From contig JAHDYR010000038.1 of NCBI GenBank assembly GCA_019828565.1, positions 1 to 64,000 on the forward strand: a stretch of DNA of 64,000 nucleotides, given 5' to 3'. The stretch is from Carpediemonas membranifera BICM. Its lineage: Eukaryota; Protista; Fornicata. This document shows, piece by piece, positions 53,890 to 64,000 of this stretch. The position numbers and the translations under genes are program-made. The notes beneath the pieces are model-generated. The model searched no databases, had not been told where the DNA came from, and worked only from the letters and a program-made list of their open reading frames with translations. How positions within the stretch are numbered: position 1 is the stretch's first letter; each line of letters begins with the position of its first letter.

Positions 53890-54940
53890 AAGCATGTCAT
53901 GAACCCCTGACTCCAGGACCGGGAAGGGATGGACAAGGAATCAGCCATGGACCACCCTCGCTGGGTGCTAAGCTCCTGGGATCAGTGAGGAAAGGCCCCA
54001 CGTATCCCGGTAGCCAGGAACCAAAGCAAGGGAAGGAACGACTGCAAGGAAAGAACAGGAAGGACAGACCAGAAATAAGAAAGAAAGGACATGCGACAAG
54101 GACAGAGCAAGGATAAGGTCAAGGAAATCCATATCCATATGGTTGCACCACTCGTTGGGACCCCAAGGAAACTGCAGGGACTGGCCACGGGGGTCGGAGG
54201 GGCACAGGTGCCCCTGCCGCCCTTGTTAACGACATGGGAAACCAAGGACATGTAGTGCAAGCGAAATGTTGTAAGGGGTAACAGGACAACCAGGCCTAGT
54301 GCCTGGGGCTGCCGCTGACCCACGCCACCTAACCGGGGTAGACAGCATGGACTTAGTCACTTTCCCCGCCTTCGGGTAGGCTTCTTAACAGAGTCGAGGG
54401 GGCATGGAATTGGGGAACCGGACAGACGAGAGGGTGCCGTGGCTGAACGGCTCTACAAGGACTGCAGGGAAGCAAGGAGTGTCATAGTCAAGGTTCTGCA
54501 GGACGATCCTGCCTGTCAATGCCCCGAGGACAGACCCCCAGGCTCCCCGGATAGTTGCCGGACTTTCAGGGAGACAGGAAAGCATATTTGCACGGAGATG
54601 GCCGCAGGGCCTCTGGGGCGATTGGAATCGGCTTTCCGCGGAGACAGTAGCACCGAAAGCCCAAGGCAAACGCTGCTGACCAGTTTGCCACGGGAAATAG
54701 GCAGTACCCCGGGGCACTCAGCTCCAAGACAACGGGAAACAAGCTCAGTCCGGGGTCAGAATCCAAGCACCATAAATTTCTTTCTTTCTTTCTCAAAAAG
54801 TGTTGAAACTCCTACTGTAACATCCCCTTGCTGTCCTAGCAACGGAATAGTACTTTATTTACTTCAACTTTATCCCATTCGATAAAGAAAAGTCAAATTG
54901 TGTGAGCAATCTTCAACCTTAAAGTGCACATACAGGCATC

Positions 54941-56083
54941 ATGGAAAAGACCCAAAAACGAGAAATCCTGATTGCAATTGCAAAAGAAGTATTCTACTTT
55001 CAACGCGATTGTGCTCAAGCCATGCCTGTTGCGGTTTCAGAGGTGTGCTGGGCTATTCTGCCAGATGATATCCGAGCTCTCTACAAGAAGAAGCAAGCGA
55101 TGGCTTGTTCTCTTCGTCATGCCCTTATCCACGCTCTGGATGGACTCGCCCCCTCGTCTTACCAGATCAACACCGAGGGTAAGGTCAAGGGTGTGTTCCT
55201 CAAGGACTTCGGCGAGATCAACCTATCAAGGCTGCAGGACAACCTGCAGGCAGCATCAGGTACCACTAGCACTGTGGTATGGCAGCCTCCGGTTTCGCGC
55301 TACATCAGCATCCCCTTCCAGACCTATTCGAAGAAGAAGGACAAGAGGGCTCGGAAACAGTCTCAACCCGCCCCTCAGTCGGTCGTAACTGTTCGTGACA
55401 ATCTGGCCAGTGAACACAGACAGCGGGAAGCAGCGCACATCGACCAAGTCGCTTCCCAATTTTCCACATGTGTGGCGCAGGCAACGGCACTTATCCAGAC
55501 AGGAATGAACCGGCGCCACGCACTCGACAACTTCACTTATCAGCAGCTACGAAACTCATTGCGCATGTGTTGTGGGGTCTGTCACGATCCGATGAATCTG
55601 CTGCTGAAGATTGAGGACGACAACTCCCTGCAGTGCCAACAATGCGAGAGGTACTTCCATTATAGCTGTGTCAGTGGCTACTTGGAGGAGCGAATGGCAT
55701 ACCCGGCATCTAACAGGGCCGATAAGCAGAAGATATCCATCTGCGATGACTGTAAGGCAATCAATGGTAACGACGAGTGCTTTCATCGTACACCTCCAAC
55801 CGAGACCACCCAAGCAGCGGACTGTGGTAGAAGTATTAAGGATGGACCCAGCATGCTCTGCTACTTTTGTTCCAACTGGTTCTGTCCGGATCATATCGCG
55901 GACACCGTTTTTGACACTGGAACTGACATGTTGAAGCGTCCTTCTCGTCGTGTTCCGGTGTGCGTGAATTGCTTTCCTCGCATTCAGAGAGGCCAGCGAC
56001 AGTTCAACGGTGAGTATACCAACGCTGCCCGCGCTATCATACTGTTAGAATGGCCAGTTAATCCGGGGATATACGGAGGATAA
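54941..56083 (+). CDS. PHD-finger protein with a second Zn finger
   Basis: CGVC...CQQCERYFHYSC...CDDC (C4HC3), then C...CYFC...CPDH...CVNC. Confidence 0.8.
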   Translation: MEKTQKREILIAIAKEVFYFQRDCAQAMPVAVSEVCWAILPDDIRALYKKKQAMACSLRHALIHALDGLAPSSYQINTEGKVKGVFLKDFGEINLSRLQDNLQAASGTTSTVVWQPPVSRYISIPFQTYSKKKDKRARKQSQPAPQSVVTVRDNLASEHRQREAAHIDQVASQFSTCVAQATALIQTGMNRRHALDNFTYQQLRNSLRMCCGVCHDPMNLLLKIEDDNSLQCQQCERYFHYSCVSGYLEERMAYPASNRADKQKISICDDCKAINGNDECFHRTPPTETTQAADCGRSIKDGPSMLCYFCSNWFCPDHIADTVFDTGTDMLKRPSRRVPVCVNCFPRIQRGQRQFNGEYTNAARAIILLEWPVNPGIYGG

Positions 56084-57122
56084 ACGCAAATTCCTTATTC
56101 GTGCTTCAGGGCGTTCGAAGTCCTAAGAAGCAGCTGAAATGATAGATGCGAGTGCATTAATGACATATCCATGCTTGATGTAACATGTGCGAGATTGGTG
56201 GTCGAGCAAATTGCCTCTCGCATTTTAAGGTCGAAGGCAAAAGTGGTCGTACGACCAAGTGGCCTTGTCAGCAAAGTCTGTGTGTTCTAAAGAGTATCCT
56301 CTGTTGTTTTTATGCGTCAACTCCTTCTCAGTCGCCGGGAACTAATGACTGAATCAACCAATCAAAAGAATGAAGCTGTCCCCCAGAAAGCAGGCCATAC
56401 TACGGTGGTATATAGTCAGTATACATCATCGGAGTATGTTCGGTTTTCTGGGGGACAGATTCAATCTTCTGTATCTCAAAATTTGCATTTTTTTATCGGC
56501 GATAAGATGGAATCAGAAGACTTGGCTCAGAGCTCAAGTGCACTTAGCTCCATAGAGCTGAGATCGGCAATTGGCATGATCCACCGCCGCAGAAGGTGCC
56601 CAAAGAGGCGCTGACGTTGAGCGGTCGATCATGGCCGTTTAACACATCAACGGGGGCCTCATCCCATGCAGTATCCATAACTTTTTACCATTTTCTTCTA
56701 GCTGCACTGGTTGGCAAATGAGCATTTTGTGTCGCCTTCATCATGGCAATATTCGAGATCAAATCCAGATTTGCTTTTTTTGTGCACAAGGAGCACAACA
56801 GCAAATTCGCAAGTAATGCAGATGAAAATCAGATGAATCTTAATCAGGCACTCTCATATACACACTGCTTTAGTTTCGGAGCCAACGTCCATAAACTGAA
56901 GGAGTTCTGAACATTGTTTCACCAATTGTGTGAAACTGGTGAAATTAATGAAATAGTGTTGAAACGGCCAGAGAAGAAGAAGGAACCCCGGCAGCGCAGT
57001 TGTAGCTGCTCTTATAGAGCTATAGCAACAGCCAAATTGTCTGATTTATCTCACAGACCGTTGCGCATGTACCTGCCTAGTTTTTGTACAAAAATCTTGT
57101 TTTTTTAAACTCTACAGAAATC

Positions 57123-59660
57123 ATGGTTGCTCATATTGTGTTCGAGAGCCACATCGGTACAATATATGATGACCAGCCACGCTCAGTTGAGCGCATGAAT
57201 TACCTTCTTGGCTGTACCTACTTCGCCATGGTCGGAATTGGCCTCAACTCCGCCAGGACAAGACCTCAGCGCGAGCAATTCTGCCAGCTCGTCCGCGAGA
57301 TGGAGGAGGCTGACCTGATCTCCCAGCGCATTCACGACGCAAGGTTCTTCCGCCCTCCAGCAGACTCCCGTCCCTTCCAACGTGCCGCAACCGCACACGG
57401 AAATCAACACCCTCCTCACCCTGTCTTCGTACGGGACGATTACCGCACCCACGCCATCCAGGAGCGTGCTTTGCAGGACTACAACGACTCAGAGGAGCGC
57501 TCCGCCAACTTTTCTGAGATCATGGAGCTCACATCGATCCTGATGTACGTCCGCAATGGCTTCAACTCGACCCAAGAGCTCTTTAAGCTCATCAACAACA
57601 TCTCCCGCCGGCTTGGAAAGCCGATCTCGAAGAACAAGACCGCGGAGGTGCTCATTAAGGACCTTGGCATTGACATGACCAGAATATCTGGTGTCTCAGA
57701 GGCCCTCACTGAGGAGGAGCGCGCCTTCGTCAAGCATCTCGTGCCGTGCAGGTCGGTCTCAGGCAATACAACATGGCGGCGTACCATGTCCGGCACGCAG
57801 TCGCGACTTGAGCTCACGAACCGTTTGACTGTAGCCGACGGAGCCGAGCCGACTCCGTTTTTTCGACCACGACCTCGTCGCCGACCACACTTGGGAGCGA
57901 CCGACGCTCACCCTCCACTATGACAGCGAATCCGACGCTGTCCAGCACTACCAGTCCCTCAAAGGCAGTGTAGGTATCGCCCATCTGGGCAAGCGACTGA
58001 ACAGCTCGACCTGGGACAAGGTGGAAACGGTGTGGTTCGATGGCGTGTACTATCTGCAGCAGGCAGTGCTTCACCCGGAGTGGCTCGAGTCTGACCAGAC
58101 GAACTTCGAGCGTTGCTCTCGTGCCCTTCAGGACCCAGGCCATGTCGAGTTCCAACCACTAAAACTACTCCTGTGGCTCGACGCATGGAAGGGACATACC
58201 GCAACGTTCAAGATCCGCATCTACGACCCGTCAGGCTTCACGTTCCCTAACCGCATCACTCCCCCTTCCGACTCGTTGAGTGTCTTGCCGGTGAGAAGGA
58301 GCTGACGGAGGAGGGAAACCTTCAACTCGTTGAGGAAGAAGTCGAGCGGATCTATCAAGCCCTCATACCGATCAGAGGAACTGACCAGGTCACCACCTTC
58401 GACCAAGTCATCGTCATGGGCGATCACGCGGCCATCAGGAAGCTGTCATCCGGCATCGAGGGTAATGGAGGGCACTATCCCCAGCCCTTCAACAGCATCC
58501 GTCGAGACCACAAGGCGCTGCACCCCATTCCGGCGCACTCTCGGGTCACCTTGCATGATTTGCTCGAGCAGAAGGCAGCGTTCCACGCCGTGCAGGCCGA
58601 CCCCGACCGTGTGCAGGACCCGAAAGAGGAGTATGGCAACTTCTCCGACAAGAGGGCCATCTTCGAGAACCGGCCAGAGCCCCGAGTCATCCACACGGAG
58701 CGAGTTGTCTTTTGTCCTCCGATCATGCACAACTCGCACCGCCTGCTCGAGCAAGTGGCACGGCTATGCGCCAGCTTCCCCGCTGATCGGAACGCAACTG
58801 CCGTAGACAAGCGCAAGCTCCAGCGCATGTCATCCAACCGCAGTATTGACCGCACTGTCGGGTGCAACGAGCAGTCTGCTGCCAGAGTTCGCATGGCGAA
58901 CACCACGAACGAGGATTACGAGGCTCTTCCTGAGTCCGTCCAAGATATTGTGCGACTCATTGGCTATCTCCAGGCTCTTTACTACTCAACCGAGCCTGTC
59001 ACCGACAGCAAAGTCGCATTCCACTTCTTGGCCGCGTCCATGTGCCACCTGTTCCACGTCATGCTCAGTCTGCAGGCACACCAGACAAAGCTGGCGTTGC
59101 TCCCTCCTGGGCAAGCAGACAAGGCGGAGAAGCCATGTGCCCAGACACTCTATGTCAACAGCAGGCTCACTGCCCAGCCTCTTCTTCACGATCATCTCCG
59201 CATTCCTCTTTTTTTACCTCCTCGAGGAGTTCTTTGAGAGAGAGTTCATCAAGAACCAGGAGGTCCGAGCCGAGTTGCACAGGTCGGCCATGATCGAGAA
59301 GCTGTGTTTGACCGAGCAGACCACCCTCATCTGCACGTTCTTAACGGGTATTCGCTCGTTCGGTCGCCAGGACTACTCAGTCCCCCGCTGAACAGGCTTC
59401 GTCGTGTCCGAGTCCACCAATGCTGCAGACAAGCTCGCTCATGGTTCGCCATTCGCAGCCACATGGAGGCAAGGCACCAATTCCATGCCACGGCGGCGGT
59501 GGTGCGCCTCTTCCAGGAGCTCGTTGACGAGATGTGGCAGTACGTCAACGATTATACGGCTTTGGCATGGGACGAAGAGTCTGGGGTGATGGTTTGCGAG
59601 TTGGCAGACATGGGTGAGGAGCTTGTTTGCTGCATTTGCGGTCATGCACGCGCTGAGTAG
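57123..59660 (+). pseudogene. Putative CMC (CACTA/Mirage/Chapaev)/Transib-type DDE transposase, frameshifted
   Basis: Pieces join at homopolymer runs (~57860 T6, ~58262 C run, ~59210 T run). Motifs LWLDAW; MGDHAAIRKLSSG...GHYP; PPIMH; TLYV...P...PLFYLLEEFFERE. Confidence 0.6.
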
Positions 59661-59783
59661 TGAGTAAAGGAGTTTTATTGGTCAGTACATCCCATTTGGT
59701 GTGTTTCCCCAACTACCAATTTTTTTTTTCAACATTGGTAGTTTCACAATTTTCACATTACGTCACTTGTTTGGTGAAAAACA

Positions 59784-60708
59784 ATGGAAACGCCACTTCC
59801 GACATGGCTGACGATGAATTTATCGCAACACAAGGCCTATATTCAATATGTCAAGCTTTCAGACAAGTCTGAGCTCTTGCCGTCTGTCAGGGCCTTCTTC
59901 AACAGAGATCTGGCGACTTCGAACCTCGACTGTCTGAACTACTCATTCGTCATGTATGTCAGACCCACTACACTTCTTGTTAACACAGTCTCATCGCAAT
60001 TCGTGGGGTTGAGATGGACAACATCAAGGCTGCATGCCTTCTCTTCCGCGAGTCGTACAGGGAGGGGCAGACCCTGAGCGGACAACTGCACCAGGAGCGG
60101 TTTGTCATCGGCTTACGGACAGCCGTCTCCTGCAGAGGTCTTGGGTTCGCGAGGGTGCTTCTTAGCATAGCATCTGCCGAAGAACTCGTCCGACTGCAGT
60201 GCGACAAGCGACTCCAGGACATGTATGCGTCCTTTGGCCTCAAGGAGTCATCGGACCCGTCGCAGGTCGAGCAGCTGGTGGACACGGGGGCAACCCACTT
60301 GCCATTGTCACGATGGAGGGCACGATGGGTCCCAACAAGTGGACCAACCTCGGCAAGAGCCTGACAGAGTGCTGTGGGATGATAATGCAAGGCTCTACGT
60401 TGATCCGCGTGACCAACCATGGTAATAGACTTGATCAGCACGCTCATGGGATGCCTGCTTCCGACAAGAGGAGTGTTGACTCGTTCGTGGAACGCACCCG
60501 TGTGTCCGTGCGCCGTGAACGTGCGGCAAAACGGCCTAACGTCACCCGAATCAGGCAGAAGTTGATGATTATCCGCCATTACAACCTTCGTTCTTTCACG
60601 CTGGTCAAAGAGATCAAGGAAACGAGGACCGAGATGCGTAAGGAGAAGAAAGCCAACTTCTGGGACAGTGAATGGAATATTTCCGTTGAGGATGACGAAG
60701 AAGTGTAA
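59784..60708 (+). pseudogene. Hypothetical gene with an intron (~59954-59988) and frameshift(s)
   Basis: GTATGT...ACACAG intron; protein-like ORF pieces 60014-60364 and 60199-60708. Confidence 0.4.
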
Positions 60709-60733
60709 AATGAAATGAAAATAAAACAAGAAT

Positions 60734-61497
60734 TTATAGCTCCTGTGCCGAACACTCTAAGTAGTAATTCATGATGGCTTGGTATACCTTGCGACGCAGC
60801 ACATCACGCGATTCAGCCTCAGCACGTTCCGCATTCCGCTTGGCAATGACAGAAGTGAGCTGACTGAGTGTCTTAGCCTCCTTCTTCAGAACTCTGGTGG
60901 GTCTGGCGAAGATGAGATCCGCGTCGCGGTCACGGCAAGGCTTGCTCAGGACGAGCTTGACGTCATCGACCGTCACACCGCACGATGAAGCAGCGAAGGC
61001 ATGGACCTTAGCCCGGTAGGCGATGGGAATGCGGTGAAAGGCATCATCCATCTCGCGGACAGTCGCGATGAGTGGGTCGTCCGTGTCCAGCTCATCTGTC
61101 TGGGCGTCAAGACTGAGGAGAGCCTTGAAGCGGTGACGCTTGTCCTCATCACCGCCTCCCCTGCCACTTGCGGCTGATCTCTTCGACCGACTGGAGATTG
61201 CCGTAGAGCTTGTCCTTCTTCAAGGAGGCTACTTTCATCTTAGGGACCTCGGCGGCAAACTTCTGGCTGAAGTCGACAACCCATCCGTTTGCGCGGGTAA
61301 TATCGTCATTATTAAGGAGGAAATTGCTGATAAAGGTCTGAACGATCTCGATGGGCGTCTTGTGAGCTTTTTCGGGCTGTTTTCGTGGACTTGTTGGACT
61401 TGCTCTGGCTCTTTTGCTGCGCTTTCTTGCCAAGAGCCATTCTCCTCTCCTTTTGAGCTTCAGTGGCCTGTATATTGCCTTGTTTACTTCTTGCCAT
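60734..61497 (-). pseudogene. Hypothetical basic/helical protein, frameshifted
   Basis: Overlapping ORF pieces 61312-61497, 61149-61433 and 60734-61051 read as one protein. Confidence 0.4.
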
Positions 61498-61822
61498 CGT
61501 TGTTTCCTTAAAATGCGTGTGAAAATGTGAAATGAACTGTGACTCTCGACATTGCTGCGCAGCTATGGTATTCCAACGGCACAGAACGGGTTTATAGCAT
61601 GCATATGATCCATTCTGATGCCTTTATCCTCTATAACCAACATCAGTCCATCAAAATGAATCTTGCAACAGAATACTCATCCACACGCATCGAGAACGAA
61701 AAAGAAGCATATAACCAACATCAACAACCTAATAGAAGGCTGCATGCAAGCGTAGAGCTCTCCTAGTCAATTCTTCATTTTCACCACCATCGATCTCCAC
61801 GTCAGGATGAAACCGTGCGCCC

Positions 61823-61873
61823 AAAAGCTCAGAGATGCCGTTATAGATGATATAACGACGTCTCTGAGCTTTT
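61823..61873. repeat. Inverted repeat, 23-bp arms (2 mismatches), 5-nt loop
   Basis: AAAAGCTCAGAGATGCCGTTATA / TATAACGACGTCTCTGAGCTTTT. Confidence 0.9.
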
Positions 61874-61913
61874 CAGCGATTTCAGTTTCTGGCCATGGAT
61901 AAGCTACAAATCC

Positions 61914-61978
61914 TGTCAATGTTGTCCTCAGAGGACACTGAAAAATTTAATCTGTGTCCTCTGAGGACCAAATTGACA
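61914..61978. repeat. Inverted repeat, 25-bp arms (2 mismatches), 15-nt AT-rich spacer
   Basis: TGTCAATGTTGTCCTCAGAGGACAC / GTGTCCTCTGAGGACCAAATTGACA. Part of the right arm recurs at ~62160-62179. Confidence 0.9.
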
Positions 61979-62177
61979 AAATCGAAAATGGAGCGATGAG
62001 ATGTCCATCGAAAAACGGCCAAAAACAGCGCAGGTGCAGAATGAGCTGAAAATCGGCCAAGGGGTAGCTCTTGGGTCTTTATGGCTGATCGGAGGTATTT
62101 ACATGACAGCTGGCAATATTTATTGAGATAAAACGTATTTCATTTTTCGAGAAAGTCTTCTGAGGACCAAATTGACA

Positions 62178-64000
62178 ATGGTTAACGAAGACATCATCTC
62201 TCTCGGCAAACTGAAGGAGACAATGCTTGCTCCTGACGATTCTGGTATGTCACTTTCATTTTCACGGTCCAATTTACACAGATGATTCATTCCGTGCATA
62301 CGACGCCCTTTCGTCCACAAAGAGCCGTATAACCTGGCTGCAAGATCACGGCATCGTCTCTGATGACCCTCTGTTCTTCGTTTGCGTCCGTCTGATCAGC
62401 ATTCGTACGATCAACGTTGTTTTTCGGGTTCCCGTTGAAGCGCACTTTAAGCCAGCACGTTCACGACTATGGAGTTGCCAAACTACGCGCGATATGTGAC
62501 GCAACTAACCGCAACTACCTCTGCGAGGTCGACTTTGACTCTCCCGACACAATTGAGGCATTCCGACGGAAGTTTTGTGACCACTTCACCGCCAAATCTG
62601 TTCATAAGGCTCTAGTCGGCGTCGACTCGCTCCCCTGTTGAGAAGCAGGTTGAGATTTACCGCGCATTCCACCTTGTGTTGCGCCACAAGGACTCGAAGA
62701 AACTCGATTCTCGTGTTCCGGCAGGCCAATTTGGCCAGTTTATCGCCCACGCCCAGCTCAGCAAGAAGCTGTCCTTCGCTGGCTCAGAGAAGCTGGCCGA
62801 GGAGTTGGCTAAGATCGGTTCGCTCGATCCGTCAGCTCCTCTGAAGAGGAAGATCGCTCGTCTTGAGAAGGAGCTCGCCTCATCGACTGCTGCTCTGATG
62901 AAGGTCCAAGAGGAGTTAGTCCGGGCCCAGGATCGCTCAGCAGCAGCCACCAAGCCTTCTTCCGTCGTTGCTGCCCCTCAGCCGCTTCCGGTTGTCGACG
63001 CAGAGTCCACGACACACGATGAATTTTCCGACACTGACGAGTCCGAGTCCGATGGCCACTCTGAACCGGCCGCCATGCAGGGTGACGGCGTTCCTTTGCC
63101 ACAGTCTGATCAAGACGTCGACGTAGAGTCCGATGTGGACGACACAGACACCGTTGGTTCTCTCCTTCAGCAGCTAGACGACACCATTGCAGGCCTTGAT
63201 GATGTCCCTGAGTCTGTGCGCTTGTTGGAGCAGTACGAGCCCTTGATAAAACGGCTTGCTGAGGAGAGGGAGGCGAGGGAGGCGCTTGAACAGGCTAACA
63301 GAGAGTCTGAGGAGTCCCAGAAGAGACTTGAAGCTGAGTTAGGTCAGCAGAAGGCCGAGGATCAGGCGATCCATCAGTTTACTCAAGCAGAGTTGGCACG
63401 CGCGAGTGAGGCTGGGCTTGAAGCGCTCGCCGATGAACTCGAGGACAACTGGGCTGAGCTTGTCAGGCGCGCCGAGGAGGCAACAGTGGAGCTTGACCGC
63501 TACGTTCCTCTCGCTGCCTTGATGGTACTGTTCCAGAGGAACAATGTGACTGGAGCCTTATGGACTCGGATCAATAGCACCATGATGAGGTACGGGGGCC
63601 AGAAGTTCATAACGGTCCCACCCCTCGACCTCGGTCTGTCGCCAGAGATGAAGGCTATCATCAAACAGCACTCTCCGACGCCTGCCAATGTTCCCCCTAT
63701 GCAGATATACTTACGGAGCGACGTTGATAGGCAGAAGTACATCGACGTGGAGTACGACAAGGTAGGCGAGCGAGTTCTCAAAGATCGTAAGAGTTGGCGG
63801 AAGATTGCAGTCAACCCGGATGGATTGTGCATCGGCTACTGCCTGCAGAAGGTTGAGAATGGCGAGTTCGACAAGAAGTTTGCGGCAGAGGAAGTGGCAG
63901 CAGTGAGGGAGGAGGTGCGCGCCTGGGGATTCTCCGATGCTGGCGAGAGGCTGAGGCTTGAGACGTCTAACGTGTTCGTGCCCACCCTGATGTTCGACGA
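62178..64000 (+). CDS. Spliced coiled-coil/acidic protein with an OTU-like motif, truncated by the window end
   Basis: MVNEDII..., intron GTATGT...ACACAG (~62246-62281). Long open frame from ~62690 to the end with RKIAVNPDGLCIGYCL...AVREEV. Confidence 0.55.

Larger units (their letters stand above)
49460..54790 (+). mobile_element. Full-length non-LTR retrotransposon (LINE; ORF1 + APE-RT ORF2)
   Basis: TSD TCTCAAAAAGTGT at 49447-49459 and 54791-54803; (TTTC)n 3' tail; strongly purine-rich sense strand. Confidence 0.92.

Noticed and set aside
54941-56083. RAG2 homologue
   Set aside because: PHD finger present but no Kelch/beta-propeller region.

Overview
Eukaryotic, GC-rich, gene-dense DNA from a flagellated protist. 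The 28-40 nt introns and the AK9, CEP76 and TOG genes suggest a Carpediemonas-like metamonad, but that is inference only. Layout: (1) 1-14.9 kb holds two diverged Helitron-type rolling-circle elements head-to-tail. Each reconstructs, across homopolymer frameshifts, to one HUH-Rep + Pif1 helicase + OTU-like protease polyprotein. Both end in a near-identical ~142-bp structured GC-rich block, and the second is preceded by 424-bp and 145-bp tandem repeats. (2) 15.9-23.4 kb holds a DIRS-type tyrosine-recombinase retroelement. Its recombinase is split just before the catalytic Tyr by a young chromovirus (Ty3/gypsy; 119-bp LTRs, ATAC TSD). (3) 23.8-48.4 kb holds intact host genes: TOG/CLASP protein, PP2A B55, AK9-like, a 3044-aa coiled-coil protein with ~13 x 198-aa repeats, a GCK-III STE20 kinase, a Tim50-like TM + FCP1 protein and CEP76. 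(4) 49.5-54.8 kb holds a full-length APE-RT LINE with a 13-bp TSD and a (TTTC)n tail. (5) 54.9-64 kb is a probable large DNA-transposon region with a PHD gene, a frameshifted CMC/Transib-like DDE transposase, paired long palindromes and another OTU-like gene running off the window. All calls come from motif reading by eye; no searches were run.
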